A stretch of DNA of 64,000 bases from Thermoplasmata archaeon (GCA_035636595.1 DASPYU010000016.1:193518-257517); one strand, 5' to 3'; positions 28,603-38,392 are shown, counted from the first letter of the stretch. The notes: generated from the letters alone by a model not told the origin. Numbers and translations: made by a program.

Positions 28603-30441
28603 TCACTTCTTGTCGACGTCCTCGAAGTCCGCGTCCACGACGCCCGGATCCGAGGAGCCGCCCGAGTCGCCCGAACCCGGCGGCGGCGCGGCGGGCTCGC
28701 CGCCCTTCCCGTACATCTCCGCGCCGATCTTTTGAGCCTCCTGGTTCAAGGCGTCGAACGCGGCGCGCAACTTCGAGATGTCGTCCGTCTGCAGGACCTG
28801 CTTCAGCGCCTCGACCTTCTCCGTGACGGAGGTGCGGGTCGCCTCGGAGATGTTCGCGGCGTGATCCTTGAGGAGCGTCTCCGTCGCGTAGACGAGCTGG
28901 TCCGCGTGGTTCCGGAGCTCGACGAGCTCCCGTCGCCGGCGGTCTTCCTCGCCGTGGCTCTCCGCGTCGCGAATCGCCTGATCGATTTTCGTCTGGTCCA
29001 TCCGCTGCGGCGCCATGATCGTGAGCTTCTCGGTCTTGCCCGTGGCCATGTCCTTCGCGCTCACGTTCAGGATGCCGTTCGCGTCGATGTCGAACGTGAC
29101 TTCGATCTTCGGCACCCCACGCGGGGCCGGAGGCATGCCGGTCAGGTAGAACTTGCCGAGGCTGACGTTGTCCCCCGCCATCGAGCGCTCCCCCTGGAGG
29201 ACGTGCACCTCCACGCTGGACTGACTGTCCGCTGCCGTGGTGAAGATTTCGCTCTTGCGTGTCGGGATCGTGGCGTTGCGCTCGATGAGCTTCGTGAAGA
29301 CGCCCCCGAGCGTCTCGACGCCGAGGCTGAGCGGGGTCACGTCGAGGAGGAGGATGTCCTTCACCTCGCCGCTGAGGACCGCGCCCTGGATCGCCGCGCC
29401 GAGCGCGACGCACTGCATCGGGTCCACGCCGCGCTCCGCCGGCCGCCCGAGGATCTTCTCGAACCGCTCGCGCACGACGGGCATGCGGGTCGGGCCCCCG
29501 ACGAGGATCACATGGTGGACGTCGGAGTACTGCCAGCCGGCGTCCTTGAACGCCTGGCGGATCGGGCCTTCGAGGCGTCCGAGGACCGGCTCGACGAGCT
29601 GCTGGAGCTTCGCGCGGGTCAGCTTCTTCTCGAGGTGAAGCGGCCCGCCGTCCTTCTGCGCGATGAACGGCAGGTTGATCGTCGTCTCGGCGGTCGAGGA
29701 CAGCTCGATCTTCGCCTTCTCCCCCGCATCGCGGAGGCGCTGCATCGCTTGGCGGTCCCCGGAGAGGTCCACGCCGTGGTCCTGTCGGAACTCCGTGACG
29801 AGCCACTGGATGAGGTTGTTGTCCATGTCCATACCGCCGAGCGCGGTGTCGCCTGACGTCGACGCGACCTCGAACACGCCGTCCCCCGTCTCCATCAGCG
29901 TGACGTCGAACGTCCCGCCGCCGAGGTCGAGGACGCAGATCTTGCCCTCGCCTTTCTTGTCCAGTCCGTAGGCGAGCGCCGCCGCAGTGGGCTCGTTGAC
30001 AAGCCGCAAGACCTCGAGGCCCGCGATCTTGCCGGCGTCCTTCGTCGCCTGCCGCTGGTTGTCGTTGAAGTACGCTGGGACCGTGATGACGACCTGGGAG
30101 ATCTTCGACCCTAGGAACGCCTCCGCGTCCGTCTTGATCTTGCGGAGGATCATCGCGGAGATCTCGGGCGGCGAGTAGTCCTTCCCGTCGATCCGGACTT
30201 TGTAGTCCGTCCCCATCTTCCGCTTAATCTGGATGATCGTCTTCTCGGGGTTGAGCACGGCCTGTCGCTTCGCCGGTTCCCCGACGAGGACCCCGTCCTT
30301 CGTGAAGGCGACGACGGACGGGAACATCTTCCCGCCGTACGCGCTGCCTTCCGCGCTCGGGATGATTTTCGGCGTTCCCCCTTCCATGTACGCGGCCTCG
30401 GAGTTCGTGGTCCCGAGGTCGATTCCGATGATCTTAGCCAT
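28603..30441 (-). CDS. dnaK: Chaperone DnaK
   Basis: [36 protein letters not shown]. Confidence 0.98.
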   Translation of the reverse strand: MAKIIGIDLGTTNSEAAYMEGGTPKIIPSAEGSAYGGKMFPSVVAFTKDGVLVGEPAKRQAVLNPEKTIIQIKRKMGTDYKVRIDGKDYSPPEISAMILRKIKTDAEAFLGSKISQVVITVPAYFNDNQRQATKDAGKIAGLEVLRLVNEPTAAALAYGLDKKGEGKICVLDLGGGTFDVTLMETGDGVFEVASTSGDTALGGMDMDNNLIQWLVTEFRQDHGVDLSGDRQAMQRLRDAGEKAKIELSSTAETTINLPFIAQKDGGPLHLEKKLTRAKLQQLVEPVLGRLEGPIRQAFKDAGWQYSDVHHVILVGGPTRMPVVRERFEKILGRPAERGVDPMQCVALGAAIQGAVLSGEVKDILLLDVTPLSLGVETLGGVFTKLIERNATIPTRKSEIFTTAADSQSSVEVHVLQGERSMAGDNVSLGKFYLTGMPPAPRGVPKIEVTFDIDANGILNVSAKDMATGKTEKLTIMAPQRMDQTKIDQAIRDAESHGEEDRRRRELVELRNHADQLVYATETLLKDHAANISEATRTSVTEKVEALKQVLQTDDISKLRAAFDALNQEAQKIGAEMYGKGGEPAAPPPGSGDSGGSSDPGVVDADFEDVDKK

Positions 30442-30949
30442 CCGATTCACCTCCGTTATCGACGACGACGACCTGCGCAGGCCGCAGGATCCGGTCGTGG
30501 TAGCGGTAGCCTTTTCGCACGACCTCTTTCACGACGCCTTCTTTTGAATCTTTGTCCGGGACCTGCTGGACCGCGTCCATCAGGTACGGATCGAACGGGA
30601 CCCCGATTGCGAGGATCTCCTGCAGCCCGGCTTCGTTCAACGCCTTCGCGAGGTTGTCCCGGACCATCCGAACGCCATCGGCCGCCTTCCCCCCGAGCGC
30701 CGCCACCGCCGCGTCCATCTCGTCGAGGACCGGAAGAAGGCGGGCCAGGAGCGCCTCGTGCGCGAATCTCAAGAGGGTCTGCCCGTCCCGATCCGCGCGC
30801 TTGCGGTAGTTCTCAAACTCCGCCTGGAGGTACTTGAGCCGCGTCAGGAGTTCCTCGTTCTGGTGACGGACCTCGGCCAATCCGTCCGCCGGCGGTTCGT
30901 CGGAGGCCGTGTTCTCCTGGCTCTCCATCGTGGGCGTCTTCTCCGCCAT
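30434..30949 (-). CDS. grpE: Nucleotide exchange factor GrpE
   Basis: [22 protein letters not shown]....ILRPAQVVV. Confidence 0.95.
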   Translation of the reverse strand: MAEKTPTMESQENTASDEPPADGLAEVRHQNEELLTRLKYLQAEFENYRKRADRDGQTLLRFAHEALLARLLPVLDEMDAAVAALGGKAADGVRMVRDNLAKALNEAGLQEILAIGVPFDPYLMDAVQQVPDKDSKEGVVKEVVRKGYRYHDRILRPAQVVVVDNGGESDG

Positions 30950-30950
30950 C

Positions 30951-31385
30951 CTACTCACCTTTCCGGACGCGCACCAGGTGCCCTCGCCGTCGCGGGAGCG
31001 TCACATCGAGCACGCCGTTCCGATAGGTCGCAGTGACCGCCTCCGGCTCGACGGGATGGGACAGCTCCACTTCCCGATGGAAGACGCGGCCGTCCGCGCC
31101 GAGCGCGTGGACCGTCAGCTGGGTGTGGGTCGTCGTGACCTCGATCGTTTCTCGGGACGCCCCGGGAAGTTCGAGGGTCACGTAGATCCGGGCCGGCGTC
31201 ACGACGACATCGGCGGTCCCCGGATGCACGCGGGATTCGTCCGCGACGGCGGACGGAGGCCCGAGGACCGGGACGCGAGTGGGTCCCACGGCCGGGAGGC
31301 TCCGGTGCCGGTCGAGCCGCCTCAGGAGGCGGTCGACGTCGGTCGGAGAGCGATCCTCCCCTTCGCCGGACGGATCCGAGACCAT
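30951..31385 (-). CDS. Hsp20/alpha-crystallin small heat-shock protein
   Basis: LELPG...ATYRNGVLDVTLPR. Confidence 0.85.
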   Translation of the reverse strand: MVSDPSGEGEDRSPTDVDRLLRRLDRHRSLPAVGPTRVPVLGPPSAVADESRVHPGTADVVVTPARIYVTLELPGASRETIEVTTTHTQLTVHALGADGRVFHREVELSHPVEPEAVTATYRNGVLDVTLPRRRGHLVRVRKGE

Positions 31386-31417
31386 GGGGACCTCCGGGGC
31401 CCCCGGATTGGGGCCCC

Positions 31418-33070
31418 TCAGAAATCTTCGCCTTCGCCCCCGCCGTCGCCGCCTTCGCCGCCCTTGCCGGGGCCCTTGCCGCCGCCTTCGCCGGCCCTTG
31501 CCGCGATGACGTCGTCGATGCGGAGCACCATGACCGCCGCGTCCGTCGCCGAGGAGATCGCTTGGCTCCCGACCCGGATCGGCTCGATCACGTTCTCCTT
31601 CCTCATGTCGGAGACCTTGCCGCTGAAGACGTTGATTCCGGCATGCTTGTTGCCCTTCTTGTGCTCCTTCCGGAGCTCGATGAGGATGTCAATCGGGTCC
31701 AAGCCTGCGTTCTCCGCGAGGGTGCGAGGGATGACCTCGACCGCGTCTGCGAAGGCCTCGATGGCGATCTGCTCACGCCCGCCGACGCTCGAGGCGAAGT
31801 CCCGCAGTGTGAGGGCGATCTCTGTCGCGCTCGATCCACCGCCGGTGATGACCTTGCCGTCCTCGATCGCGACGGCCACGACGCTCGTCGCGTCCTCGAG
31901 GGACCGCTCGACCTCGTCCACGACGTGCTCGGTGCCTCCTCGGATCAGGATCGACATCGCCTTCGGATTCTTGCAGCCCGTGACGAAGGTCATCTCGTCC
32001 TCGCCGATCTTCTTCTCGTAGACCATCTTGGCGTAGCCGAGGTCGTCCTTCGAGAGCTCGTCGAGCTTCGTGACGACCTTGCCGCCAGTCGCCTTCGCGA
32101 GCTTCTCCATGTCCGACTTCTTGACTCGCCGTACCGCGTAGACTTCGGCCTTCGCGAGGTAGTGCTGTGCGAGGTCGTCGATGCCCTTCTGGCAGAAGAT
32201 GACCGTGGCACCGCTCTTCTTCACGGTGTCGACCATCCGCTTCAGCATCGACTCCTCTTCGTTCAGGAACGCCTGGAGCTGGGTCGGGTCCGTGATCTCG
32301 ATTTTCGCGTCGATCTCGGTCTTCTTGACCTCCAGGGCCGCGTCGACCAAGGCGATCTTCGCGTCCTTGACCTCGGACGGCATGCCGGGGTGCACGCGCT
32401 CCTTGTCGACGATGACGCCGTCGACGAGGGACGTGTCCGCAATCGAACCGCCCTGCTTCTTCACGACCTGGATGTTGTCGTCGTCCACGAAGTAGGAGTC
32501 GTCCGCGCGCTGCTCTGCGACGGTCGTGACGGCCTTCACAGAGATGTCCGCCAAGAGTTCCTTGTGGCCGCTGGACGACTTCGAGGACATCGCGGTCATC
32601 GCGACCTTCCTCAGGACGTCCGTGTCTTTGATCGAAATCTTCGTCGCAACCTTCTCGAGGACCTCGCGGGCCTTCTCCGCCGCCTGGCGGTACCCGGCGG
32701 CGATAACCGTCGGGTGGATGTTCTGCTCGATCAGATCTTCCGCCCTCTTGAGCAGTTCCCCCGCCAGGATGACGGCCGTCGTCGTGCCGTCGCCCGCTTC
32801 CTCGTCCTGGGTCTTCGCGACCTCGACGAGCATCTTCGCGGCGGGGTGCTCGATGTCGATCTCCTTGAGGATCGTCACGCCATCGTTCGTGATGACGACG
32901 TCCCCGAGGCTGTCGACGAGCATCTTGTCCATTCCCCGCGGGCCGAGCGTCGACCGCACGGCGTCCGCGACCGCTTTCGCGGCGGCGATGTTGTTGAATT
33001 GCGCTCCCTTGCCGCGATCGCGGCGCGTCCCTTCCTTCAAAACGAGTATCTGCGTTCCGGCTGGCATCAT
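31418..33070 (-). CDS. ths: Thermosome (group II chaperonin) subunit
   Basis: [26 protein letters not shown]. Start at ATG 33070. Confidence 0.97.
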   Translation of the reverse strand: MMPAGTQILVLKEGTRRDRGKGAQFNNIAAAKAVADAVRSTLGPRGMDKMLVDSLGDVVITNDGVTILKEIDIEHPAAKMLVEVAKTQDEEAGDGTTTAVILAGELLKRAEDLIEQNIHPTVIAAGYRQAAEKAREVLEKVATKISIKDTDVLRKVAMTAMSSKSSSGHKELLADISVKAVTTVAEQRADDSYFVDDDNIQVVKKQGGSIADTSLVDGVIVDKERVHPGMPSEVKDAKIALVDAALEVKKTEIDAKIEITDPTQLQAFLNEEESMLKRMVDTVKKSGATVIFCQKGIDDLAQHYLAKAEVYAVRRVKKSDMEKLAKATGGKVVTKLDELSKDDLGYAKMVYEKKIGEDEMTFVTGCKNPKAMSILIRGGTEHVVDEVERSLEDATSVVAVAIEDGKVITGGGSSATEIALTLRDFASSVGGREQIAIEAFADAVEVIPRTLAENAGLDPIDILIELRKEHKKGNKHAGINVFSGKVSDMRKENVIEPIRVGSQAISSATDAAVMVLRIDDVIAARAGEGGGKGPGKGGEGGDGGGEGEDF

Positions 33071-33618
33071 GTAAATCTCTCCGAATACGGAATTCGGGAC
33101 TCTGCCTATGTTGGGACTTCTATATAAGCGTAGCGATGGATGGTTTGGTCCCATTGTCGGGGGATGCTTAAGAATACGCCCTGATGCGTCCCGTAGCGGG
33201 TGATGCAAATGGACTCCAAGAATCCGGAAGGGAATCGCCCTGCCGTTCCAGGACGGATGGGGCGACCTGATCCGGTGGGCGACCTACTGGAGCGCCCGAC
33301 GAGGGATGGCGTCCATGTAGGGTGCGTGCTACTGGTGGATTCATGCCTCCCGAGCCGACTGAAAGTGCCGAGGGATGCCTCTGACCATGGAACAGGAGGG
33401 TATGGACGCGCCGGTAACTTGTCCATACTACTTGTCGATGTATTCTCAGTACAGTAAACTGTAGACAAAAAGCCTTAATACGCACGCAGAGCTTGCTGAG
33501 AGCATGCGTACCTGAGACTCTGGAACAAACGGAAGAGGCCTTTTGTAGCTCTTGGCATCATCCGTCCAGAAACCCAGGACGAGAACACGTTAATATCGCG
33601 CCGGGCGTCCGGGTCGCC

Positions 33619-33858
33619 GTGCGGAAGGTGGTTTTCCCCAAGGACTTCAAGAGCAAGGTCCACCCAACCCAGATCAAACAGGCGTGCGAAAAGATACCTC
33701 CACGGAAGAAAACTCAGCACCTGAATCGCGATGTGGTGCTGACCATGGAGATGGGTGGTCCTTTTCTCTTTCTGACGTTCCAATACCATGAACATGAAGA
33801 CGAGGAAGTACTGTACGTAAAGAACGCGAAATGGACGAAATCTAAGGGTAAACGATGA
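33619..33858 (+). CDS. Putative small toxin (RelE/BrnT/DUF4258-like RNase fold)
   Basis: Basic, about 79 aa, beta-alpha-beta pattern ending LYVKNAKW; ATGA overlap with the Zn-finger antitoxin-like gene; GTTAATAT about 30 nt upstream of GTG 33619. The ORF track gives a longer start at 33493. Confidence 0.45.
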   Translation: MRKVVFPKDFKSKVHPTQIKQACEKIPPRKKTQHLNRDVVLTMEMGGPFLFLTFQYHEHEDEEVLYVKNAKWTKSKGKR

Positions 33859-34526
33859 CCGAAAACGGAGAGTGTGAGCACGAGGGGCAGTGGATTCCAA
33901 CCACCGCGGAGTTCGAGACCGTCCGCTGGAATGGCGAACCCCTCCTTTTGCACGACGTTCCAGCCAAGTCATGCCCGCTTTGCAATGAGACCATTGTCGA
34001 CGCGGATGATGTGATCCGGGCAGAGCAGAGATGGATAGCCGGAGAGCTGGGGCTTACTCCTCGGGAGGCAAACATCCTCCTGATGTTGTATGCCCAGGGG
34101 CCTCGATTCACCGAGACCGGTTATGTGGAGGAGAAGTACCGCTTCAACAAGATGCTCTTTTCCGTCTGGAAAGAACTCGAGAAGGAAGGGTTGGGGCAAT
34201 CTTTCCTCCACGACAGCTTCCGGGCGGAGAGCCGAGGGCCCGTTCCCGACAATCTGGAAACGGATTCGAAGTCTCTGGAAAGTAAGGGCCTTACCAAGGT
34301 GCGATGGGGAGGGAAGGCGGCCAAGACGTCATTCCGGTGGGATCTCACCACTGAAGGGTGGAATCGGTCGAAGCAGCTTTACAACTTGACACCTCAGGCG
34401 ATGCGTGACGCTGTGTCGAAAGCAAAGGAAGAACTCTTCCTGCTAGACTCCACCCAGATGATGCACAAGATCCACGAACTCTACCCCGAGTACAAGAAAG
34501 CTTACCGGGAAAAGGACGAAGAATGA
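33855..34526 (+). CDS. YgiT/MqsA-type zinc finger fused to a Panacea(DUF4065)/YwgA-like domain; putative antitoxin
   Basis: CEH...LHDVPAKSCPLCNETIV (YgiT finger); ILLMLYA...RFNKMLF...FRAESRGPVP..L...GL...LT.EG...IHELYPEY. Confidence 0.65.
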   Translation: MTENGECEHEGQWIPTTAEFETVRWNGEPLLLHDVPAKSCPLCNETIVDADDVIRAEQRWIAGELGLTPREANILLMLYAQGPRFTETGYVEEKYRFNKMLFSVWKELEKEGLGQSFLHDSFRAESRGPVPDNLETDSKSLESKGLTKVRWGGKAAKTSFRWDLTTEGWNRSKQLYNLTPQAMRDAVSKAKEELFLLDSTQMMHKIHELYPEYKKAYREKDEE

Positions 34527-34546
34527 GGCATCCCCTTCCACCGGAG

Positions 34547-34578
34547 CCCTCGGCACACATGCCGGGGGTTTCCTTTTT
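34547..34578 (+). terminator. Hairpin plus T-rich tract after the toxin-antitoxin pair
   Basis: CCCTCGGCA-caca-TGCCGGGGG followed by TTTCCTTTTT. Confidence 0.6.
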
Positions 34579-34672
34579 CGCCAGCCTTTTCCCAAGCCCT
34601 GGCCGCTTCGACGGCGAGAGTGGCACCTGAGGGAATTTCGCTGATACCCGAGACTTAAGGCGGCGGATTGTT

Positions 34673-34855
34673 ATGTCCGGGTCATTGGATACCCCACCCG
34701 CAACGCTGATCGGAGCCTTGATCGGGTTCGTCGGCGGACTCATCTATGGAGCCATGACCGGCCAGTGGATCACTGGCCTAATTGGCGGGACCATTATCGG
34801 AGCCATCGTCGGGGCTGTCGTTGACGCGATAGGCAAGCAGGTCGGAGGGGCCTGA
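34673..34855 (+). CDS. Glycine-zipper membrane peptide (60 aa)
   Basis: IGALIGFVGGLIYG and TGLIGGTIIGAIVGAVV (GxxxG arrays). Confidence 0.65.
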   Translation: MSGSLDTPPATLIGALIGFVGGLIYGAMTGQWITGLIGGTIIGAIVGAVVDAIGKQVGGA

Positions 34856-35125
34856 CCCCCCGACGGAAGGCCCTCACACGCCCGTCCGGGGCCAACAACG
34901 TCGCAACGGAACCCCACGTGGGCGTGCGCACAATCGCACACGGGGCGGCACTACGGCAGCCCAGTTTTCTTTCCGGATCGATCCTGACGACACGGGGCCC
35001 TTTATGAACCTCGACCCGAGGAGTTGACGAGACTCTCAGGCACTCTGACGCTCAAGCTCCTAGGCTCGAGAATCTTGTGCCTGGAAGGCCGCATGAGTGA
35101 TGGGCTCGGGACTGTAAGATGGAGG

Positions 35126-35530
35126 CTATTCATCCGGTGGCAACTCGATTTCCCATGTGCAGATCTCGACCAGAGTCTTCCTTATCCGGGTGTAGCTGGG
35201 TCCCGTGACGAGACTATGGGCCGGATTGGCCGTCTCCGGCGCATGCCGGACATTCAACTCACGGTCCCACATCTGGCCCGCGGTCGTCTTGACTACTCCA
35301 GCTCGTATCTCCGGTTTCGTCGAGCGTTCGAGAGTCCTCCGTGGCGTTGAGTATCTACTCCAGTCAAACGAGATGCCTTCGTCTATGTCACGCTCCTTCC
35401 CAAAGGCGCCAGGTTGAAGCTTGTGTTCGGGCCCCTTGGTGAAGTCGTCCGGCACCCATCTGAAGAAACAGTCCGCGGGATTCTTTATTTCCTGAGGCTG
35501 AGGAGGACCCTCTGCTAGCTCGTTAGCCAA
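35126..35530 (-). CDS. Putative ADP-ribosyltransferase/RES-like fold protein
   Basis: FFRWV...GAF...GISFDW...V...NVRHAP...NPAHSLV (R, S and H positions typical of small ART-fold proteins); GAGGT SD before TTG. Confidence 0.5.
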   Translation of the reverse strand: MANELAEGPPQPQEIKNPADCFFRWVPDDFTKGPEHKLQPGAFGKERDIDEGISFDWSRYSTPRRTLERSTKPEIRAGVVKTTAGQMWDRELNVRHAPETANPAHSLVTGPSYTRIRKTLVEICTWEIELPPDE

Positions 35531-36027
35531 CTCACAAGACCTCGGTTCGGCTGGGTTGGATCGACGAGAGTACCATCGAATCTACCTCTGTCCTTACCGT
35601 CGCCTGCGAACTCCACTGGAAGTTTGGGGTCGGCCGGAATGTTGACAAGCAGGTTCAGATTTGGAAGATCCCAGAAAATGTCAATGCTCCCTTGCGGCCC
35701 CGGTCCGATCTCAGGCAGGGGCATGGGTTCGACGTTAAGACGTAGGTATTCCTGCCATTGGAGCCTCACGAACGCGATTGCCCTGTCCAGGGTGTCCTTG
35801 GAATAGCGAGGCGACCCCCGCCCGTCGAAGTTGTCCTTGAGGCCTAGGAGCCATTTGGCATCATCGATGATCCCGGCAAGCTTGTCGGACACAGCTGCGA
35901 ACTCGAGCTGCACCCCGTCCCGGTGCCGCTCCACGAGTTGTTCCAGCAGCGGCCGCGGCCTGACCGTATGCTGCGGCGGCCAAAGGTTGCGGGACTGAAA
36001 GTGCTGACGGTCCATGCAGGGCCACAT
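35515..36027 (-). CDS. Hypothetical immunity/antitoxin-like protein
   Basis: LLGLKDNFDGRGS...TLDRAIAF...PEIGPGPQGSIDIFW pattern; overlaps the ART-like gene; start at 36027 or 36015. Confidence 0.55.
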   Translation of the reverse strand: MWPCMDRQHFQSRNLWPPQHTVRPRPLLEQLVERHRDGVQLEFAAVSDKLAGIIDDAKWLLGLKDNFDGRGSPRYSKDTLDRAIAFVRLQWQEYLRLNVEPMPLPEIGPGPQGSIDIFWDLPNLNLLVNIPADPKLPVEFAGDGKDRGRFDGTLVDPTQPNRGLVSWLTS

Positions 36028-36043
36028 CGGAATAGTCTTGCCA

Positions 36044-36724
36044 TTAGAGTTCGAGAACGTTGATACCACCTTCTCGCGCTGATGCCGTGAGACTTGCCTC
36101 CTTGTGAGTCGCCCTATCGAGCAACTTCTTCAGTTCCACGATGTCAGTACTGTCGAGAGCCACGAAGAAGTCCTTTGTCGTTTCCTCTCCATTCTCATGG
36201 AAGGTAATTTTCGCTTGATGCACGACGACAGCTGCCAACGGTCCCTTGTCCACATCTCTGCCAAATACTGGTCGTAGATCGGTCAGGATTCTCGCTGTGC
36301 AGAATACGTGATTCTGCTCGGACCGGACCTGGCTGGCTTTCGCGCTTACCCCAAGTGTGTCATCGAGTGAGAGGACTTGCGTAAGGTACGTCTTGAATTC
36401 GTTCCAGTTCACATCCTTCGTCGGCAGTTCGGGGTCTTTGGAGGCCTGAATTGTGTCGCATACATCCGCCGCAAACTTTTCCGTTGGATCCCCAGCGATA
36501 TCCATGGACTCATAGAGTCCAGCCAAAAGCCGGAATAGGCCATCCGCATCCGCTTTGGAAGCACCGGCCTTTTTTACCCACGCAGTAACGAAGCTGCGAC
36601 CGAGGAGGCTAGGCTTTGCTTCCTTCAGCACATCAAAGAGTTCCCTACGCTCCTTCTGAGAGAACCGAAGGAGCTGCGCGAGCACACGCTTCTGTTGTTC
36701 GGGAATTCCGAGACCGTCGGGCAT
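36044..36724 (-). CDS. COMMD-like protein (helical N domain plus COMM-like C domain)
   Basis: About 140 aa helical N-terminus, then FCTARILTDLRPVF / AAVVVHQAKITFHE / KDFFVALD / STDIVELKKLLDRATHKEASL, i.e. the beta-beta-beta-alpha COMM topology. Confidence 0.6.
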   Translation of the reverse strand: MPDGLGIPEQQKRVLAQLLRFSQKERRELFDVLKEAKPSLLGRSFVTAWVKKAGASKADADGLFRLLAGLYESMDIAGDPTEKFAADVCDTIQASKDPELPTKDVNWNEFKTYLTQVLSLDDTLGVSAKASQVRSEQNHVFCTARILTDLRPVFGRDVDKGPLAAVVVHQAKITFHENGEETTKDFFVALDSTDIVELKKLLDRATHKEASLTASAREGGINVLEL

Positions 36725-37017
36725 CGCGATCACGCCACGGCGGCTCTGATAGATTTGTTGTTCGCACGTACAAGAATGAATCTAGTGGTGACCAGAGAGC
36801 TGTCCCCTTCCCGGACGCAGGCGTCGTCCTTCCCCAGCAAGGACCCTTCCGAATCGACTATTGGATTTAAGGGTTTTGCCAAGGGGCGTCAAACCTTGCC
36901 GCTGGACGACCATGCACCTTAAGTTAACAAAACCCGCGCACCAGGTTTGACATTAGGAATCAGTCCTAAAGCGGCCACACCCGTCGCAATCCTTTGGTTT
37001 TGGAGTGGCAGATGGGC

Positions 37018-37386
37018 TCAGCTACCTGGAACGTACCATGACTGAACGTTCGTGAAACCCCACCGGACGAGCACGCTCTGCGCGACAGCGTAGCAACTTT
37101 CCGGCACGAGCAGCATGACCTTCGCTCCAGAGCTAACGTAGTCTCGTAACTGGCCGCGCGTGTGATCGTTGTCCAAATCCGCGCACGTCTTCACTTCGCC
37201 CATGACCCAAGCATTCCCCGGACCCAGCGCGGTGAGATCGGGAATCGATCCGCCGGCAGTTTGTCGTGGTTTGTTTGGAATCTCGGGCAAGGCGGCTGAG
37301 ATTTGAGTATATCCCCTTCCGCGTAGGGTTTCGACCCATCCGCGAAGCATACGGTCGTGTTGTTCCTGATCCGTCGAAAAAACCAT
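37018..37386 (-). CDS. Small PD-(D/E)XK nuclease-fold protein
   Basis: H..ML...VETLRGRGY...IPDLTA...MGEVKT...TRGQL...MLLVP. Confidence 0.65.
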   Translation of the reverse strand: MVFSTDQEQHDRMLRGWVETLRGRGYTQISAALPEIPNKPRQTAGGSIPDLTALGPGNAWVMGEVKTCADLDNDHTRGQLRDYVSSGAKVMLLVPESCYAVAQSVLVRWGFTNVQSWYVPGS

Positions 37387-37624
37387 GAGAAATCCGGCCT
37401 CGACTATCTCAGAGGGTCTGAGGCACATACTTAACTCTTTTCGGCGTTCGTTCCGATTGTTCATCCGGATAACCAATCACCCAGTCAGTCCCCCGCGAGG
37501 GGACAGCTGGTCCATCCCCCGTTGATGAGACAACCTGATGGATTACCGCGCATGTGGAAAATCGGCGCCGTCCTCTCGCACGCGGTACCATAATTCTATA
37601 TCAGGTAAGGCGGTAAGTTGGCCC

Positions 37625-38392
37625 GTGAAGGGACTTCTCCTCGAGCTCGCGGATGCCGTCCAGCACGCCGTCGACTCGTTCGCCGGGAATCCCGCCGAGG
37701 TGATCGGCCGCGGCGCGGATGGCGCACCGAGCACCCGCATCGACCGAATCGCGGAGGAAGCGGTCCTCCGCGTCCTAGATTACGAGGGGGCGGCGCTCAA
37801 CGTACTGAGCGAAGAGGCGGGATACGTCGATCGCGGCGGCGAAGCCACCCTCGTCCTCGATCCCATCGATGGGACCCATAACGCCCTGCGTGGAGTCCCG
37901 GCGTACTCCGTCTCCCTCGCGATCGGCCACGAACATCTGGCCGAAATCCAGGAGGCCCTCGTCCGGGACCTGGTGTCCGGCGCCACCTACTACGCCGCGA
38001 AGGGCGGCGGCGCCCTCCTCAACGGCCATCCAATCCATGTCCATGCGTACGATCCGAAGGACGTGTTGTTCAGCGTCTACCTCGGAACGAACGCGGCCCC
38101 GGACGCAACGCGGGTCGCGGGCCTCGCCCGGCGGGTTCGCGCTCTCGGGGCGGCATCCCTCGACATGTGCCTCGTGGCCCGCGGGGCCGCAGACCTGTAC
38201 TACATGCACAGCGCGACCGTCGACGCGAAATTGCGCGCCGTCGACATCGCCGGCGGGACGCTCATCGTGCGGGAAGCGGGGGGCCAGGTGCTCGACCTCG
38301 ACGGACGGGATCTCGATTTGCCGCTCACGACCGCGGCCCGCACCGACCTGGTCGCGGTCGGCGACCGACGAGCCTGGGAGGTCATCCGATGA
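37625..38392 (+). CDS. Inositol monophosphatase-family phosphatase (IMPase/FBPase/NADP phosphatase)
   Basis: LSEE, VLDPIDGT, RALGAASL, DIAGGTLIVREAGG. Start at GTG 37625. Confidence 0.9.
   Translation: MKGLLLELADAVQHAVDSFAGNPAEVIGRGADGAPSTRIDRIAEEAVLRVLDYEGAALNVLSEEAGYVDRGGEATLVLDPIDGTHNALRGVPAYSVSLAIGHEHLAEIQEALVRDLVSGATYYAAKGGGALLNGHPIHVHAYDPKDVLFSVYLGTNAAPDATRVAGLARRVRALGAASLDMCLVARGAADLYYMHSATVDAKLRAVDIAGGTLIVREAGGQVLDLDGRDLDLPLTTAARTDLVAVGDRRAWEVIR

Larger units (their letters stand above)
33100..37600. other. Lower-GC accessory islet (probable defence/conflict island); boundaries approximate
   Basis: Visible shift to more A/T-rich sequence and atypical codon use between the thermosome and IMPase genes; all ORFs are non-housekeeping; no integrase or att repeat seen. 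Confidence 0.7.

Noticed and set aside
33200..33457. 85-aa ORF at the islet edge
   Set aside because: No recognisable motif or convincing translation signals; possibly a remnant.
35844..36044. 66-aa ORF coupled to the COMMD-like stop (TAATG)
   Set aside because: Ser/Gly/Arg-rich and non-protein-like; overlaps a better-supported ORF. A frameshift near the 5' end of that gene cannot be excluded.
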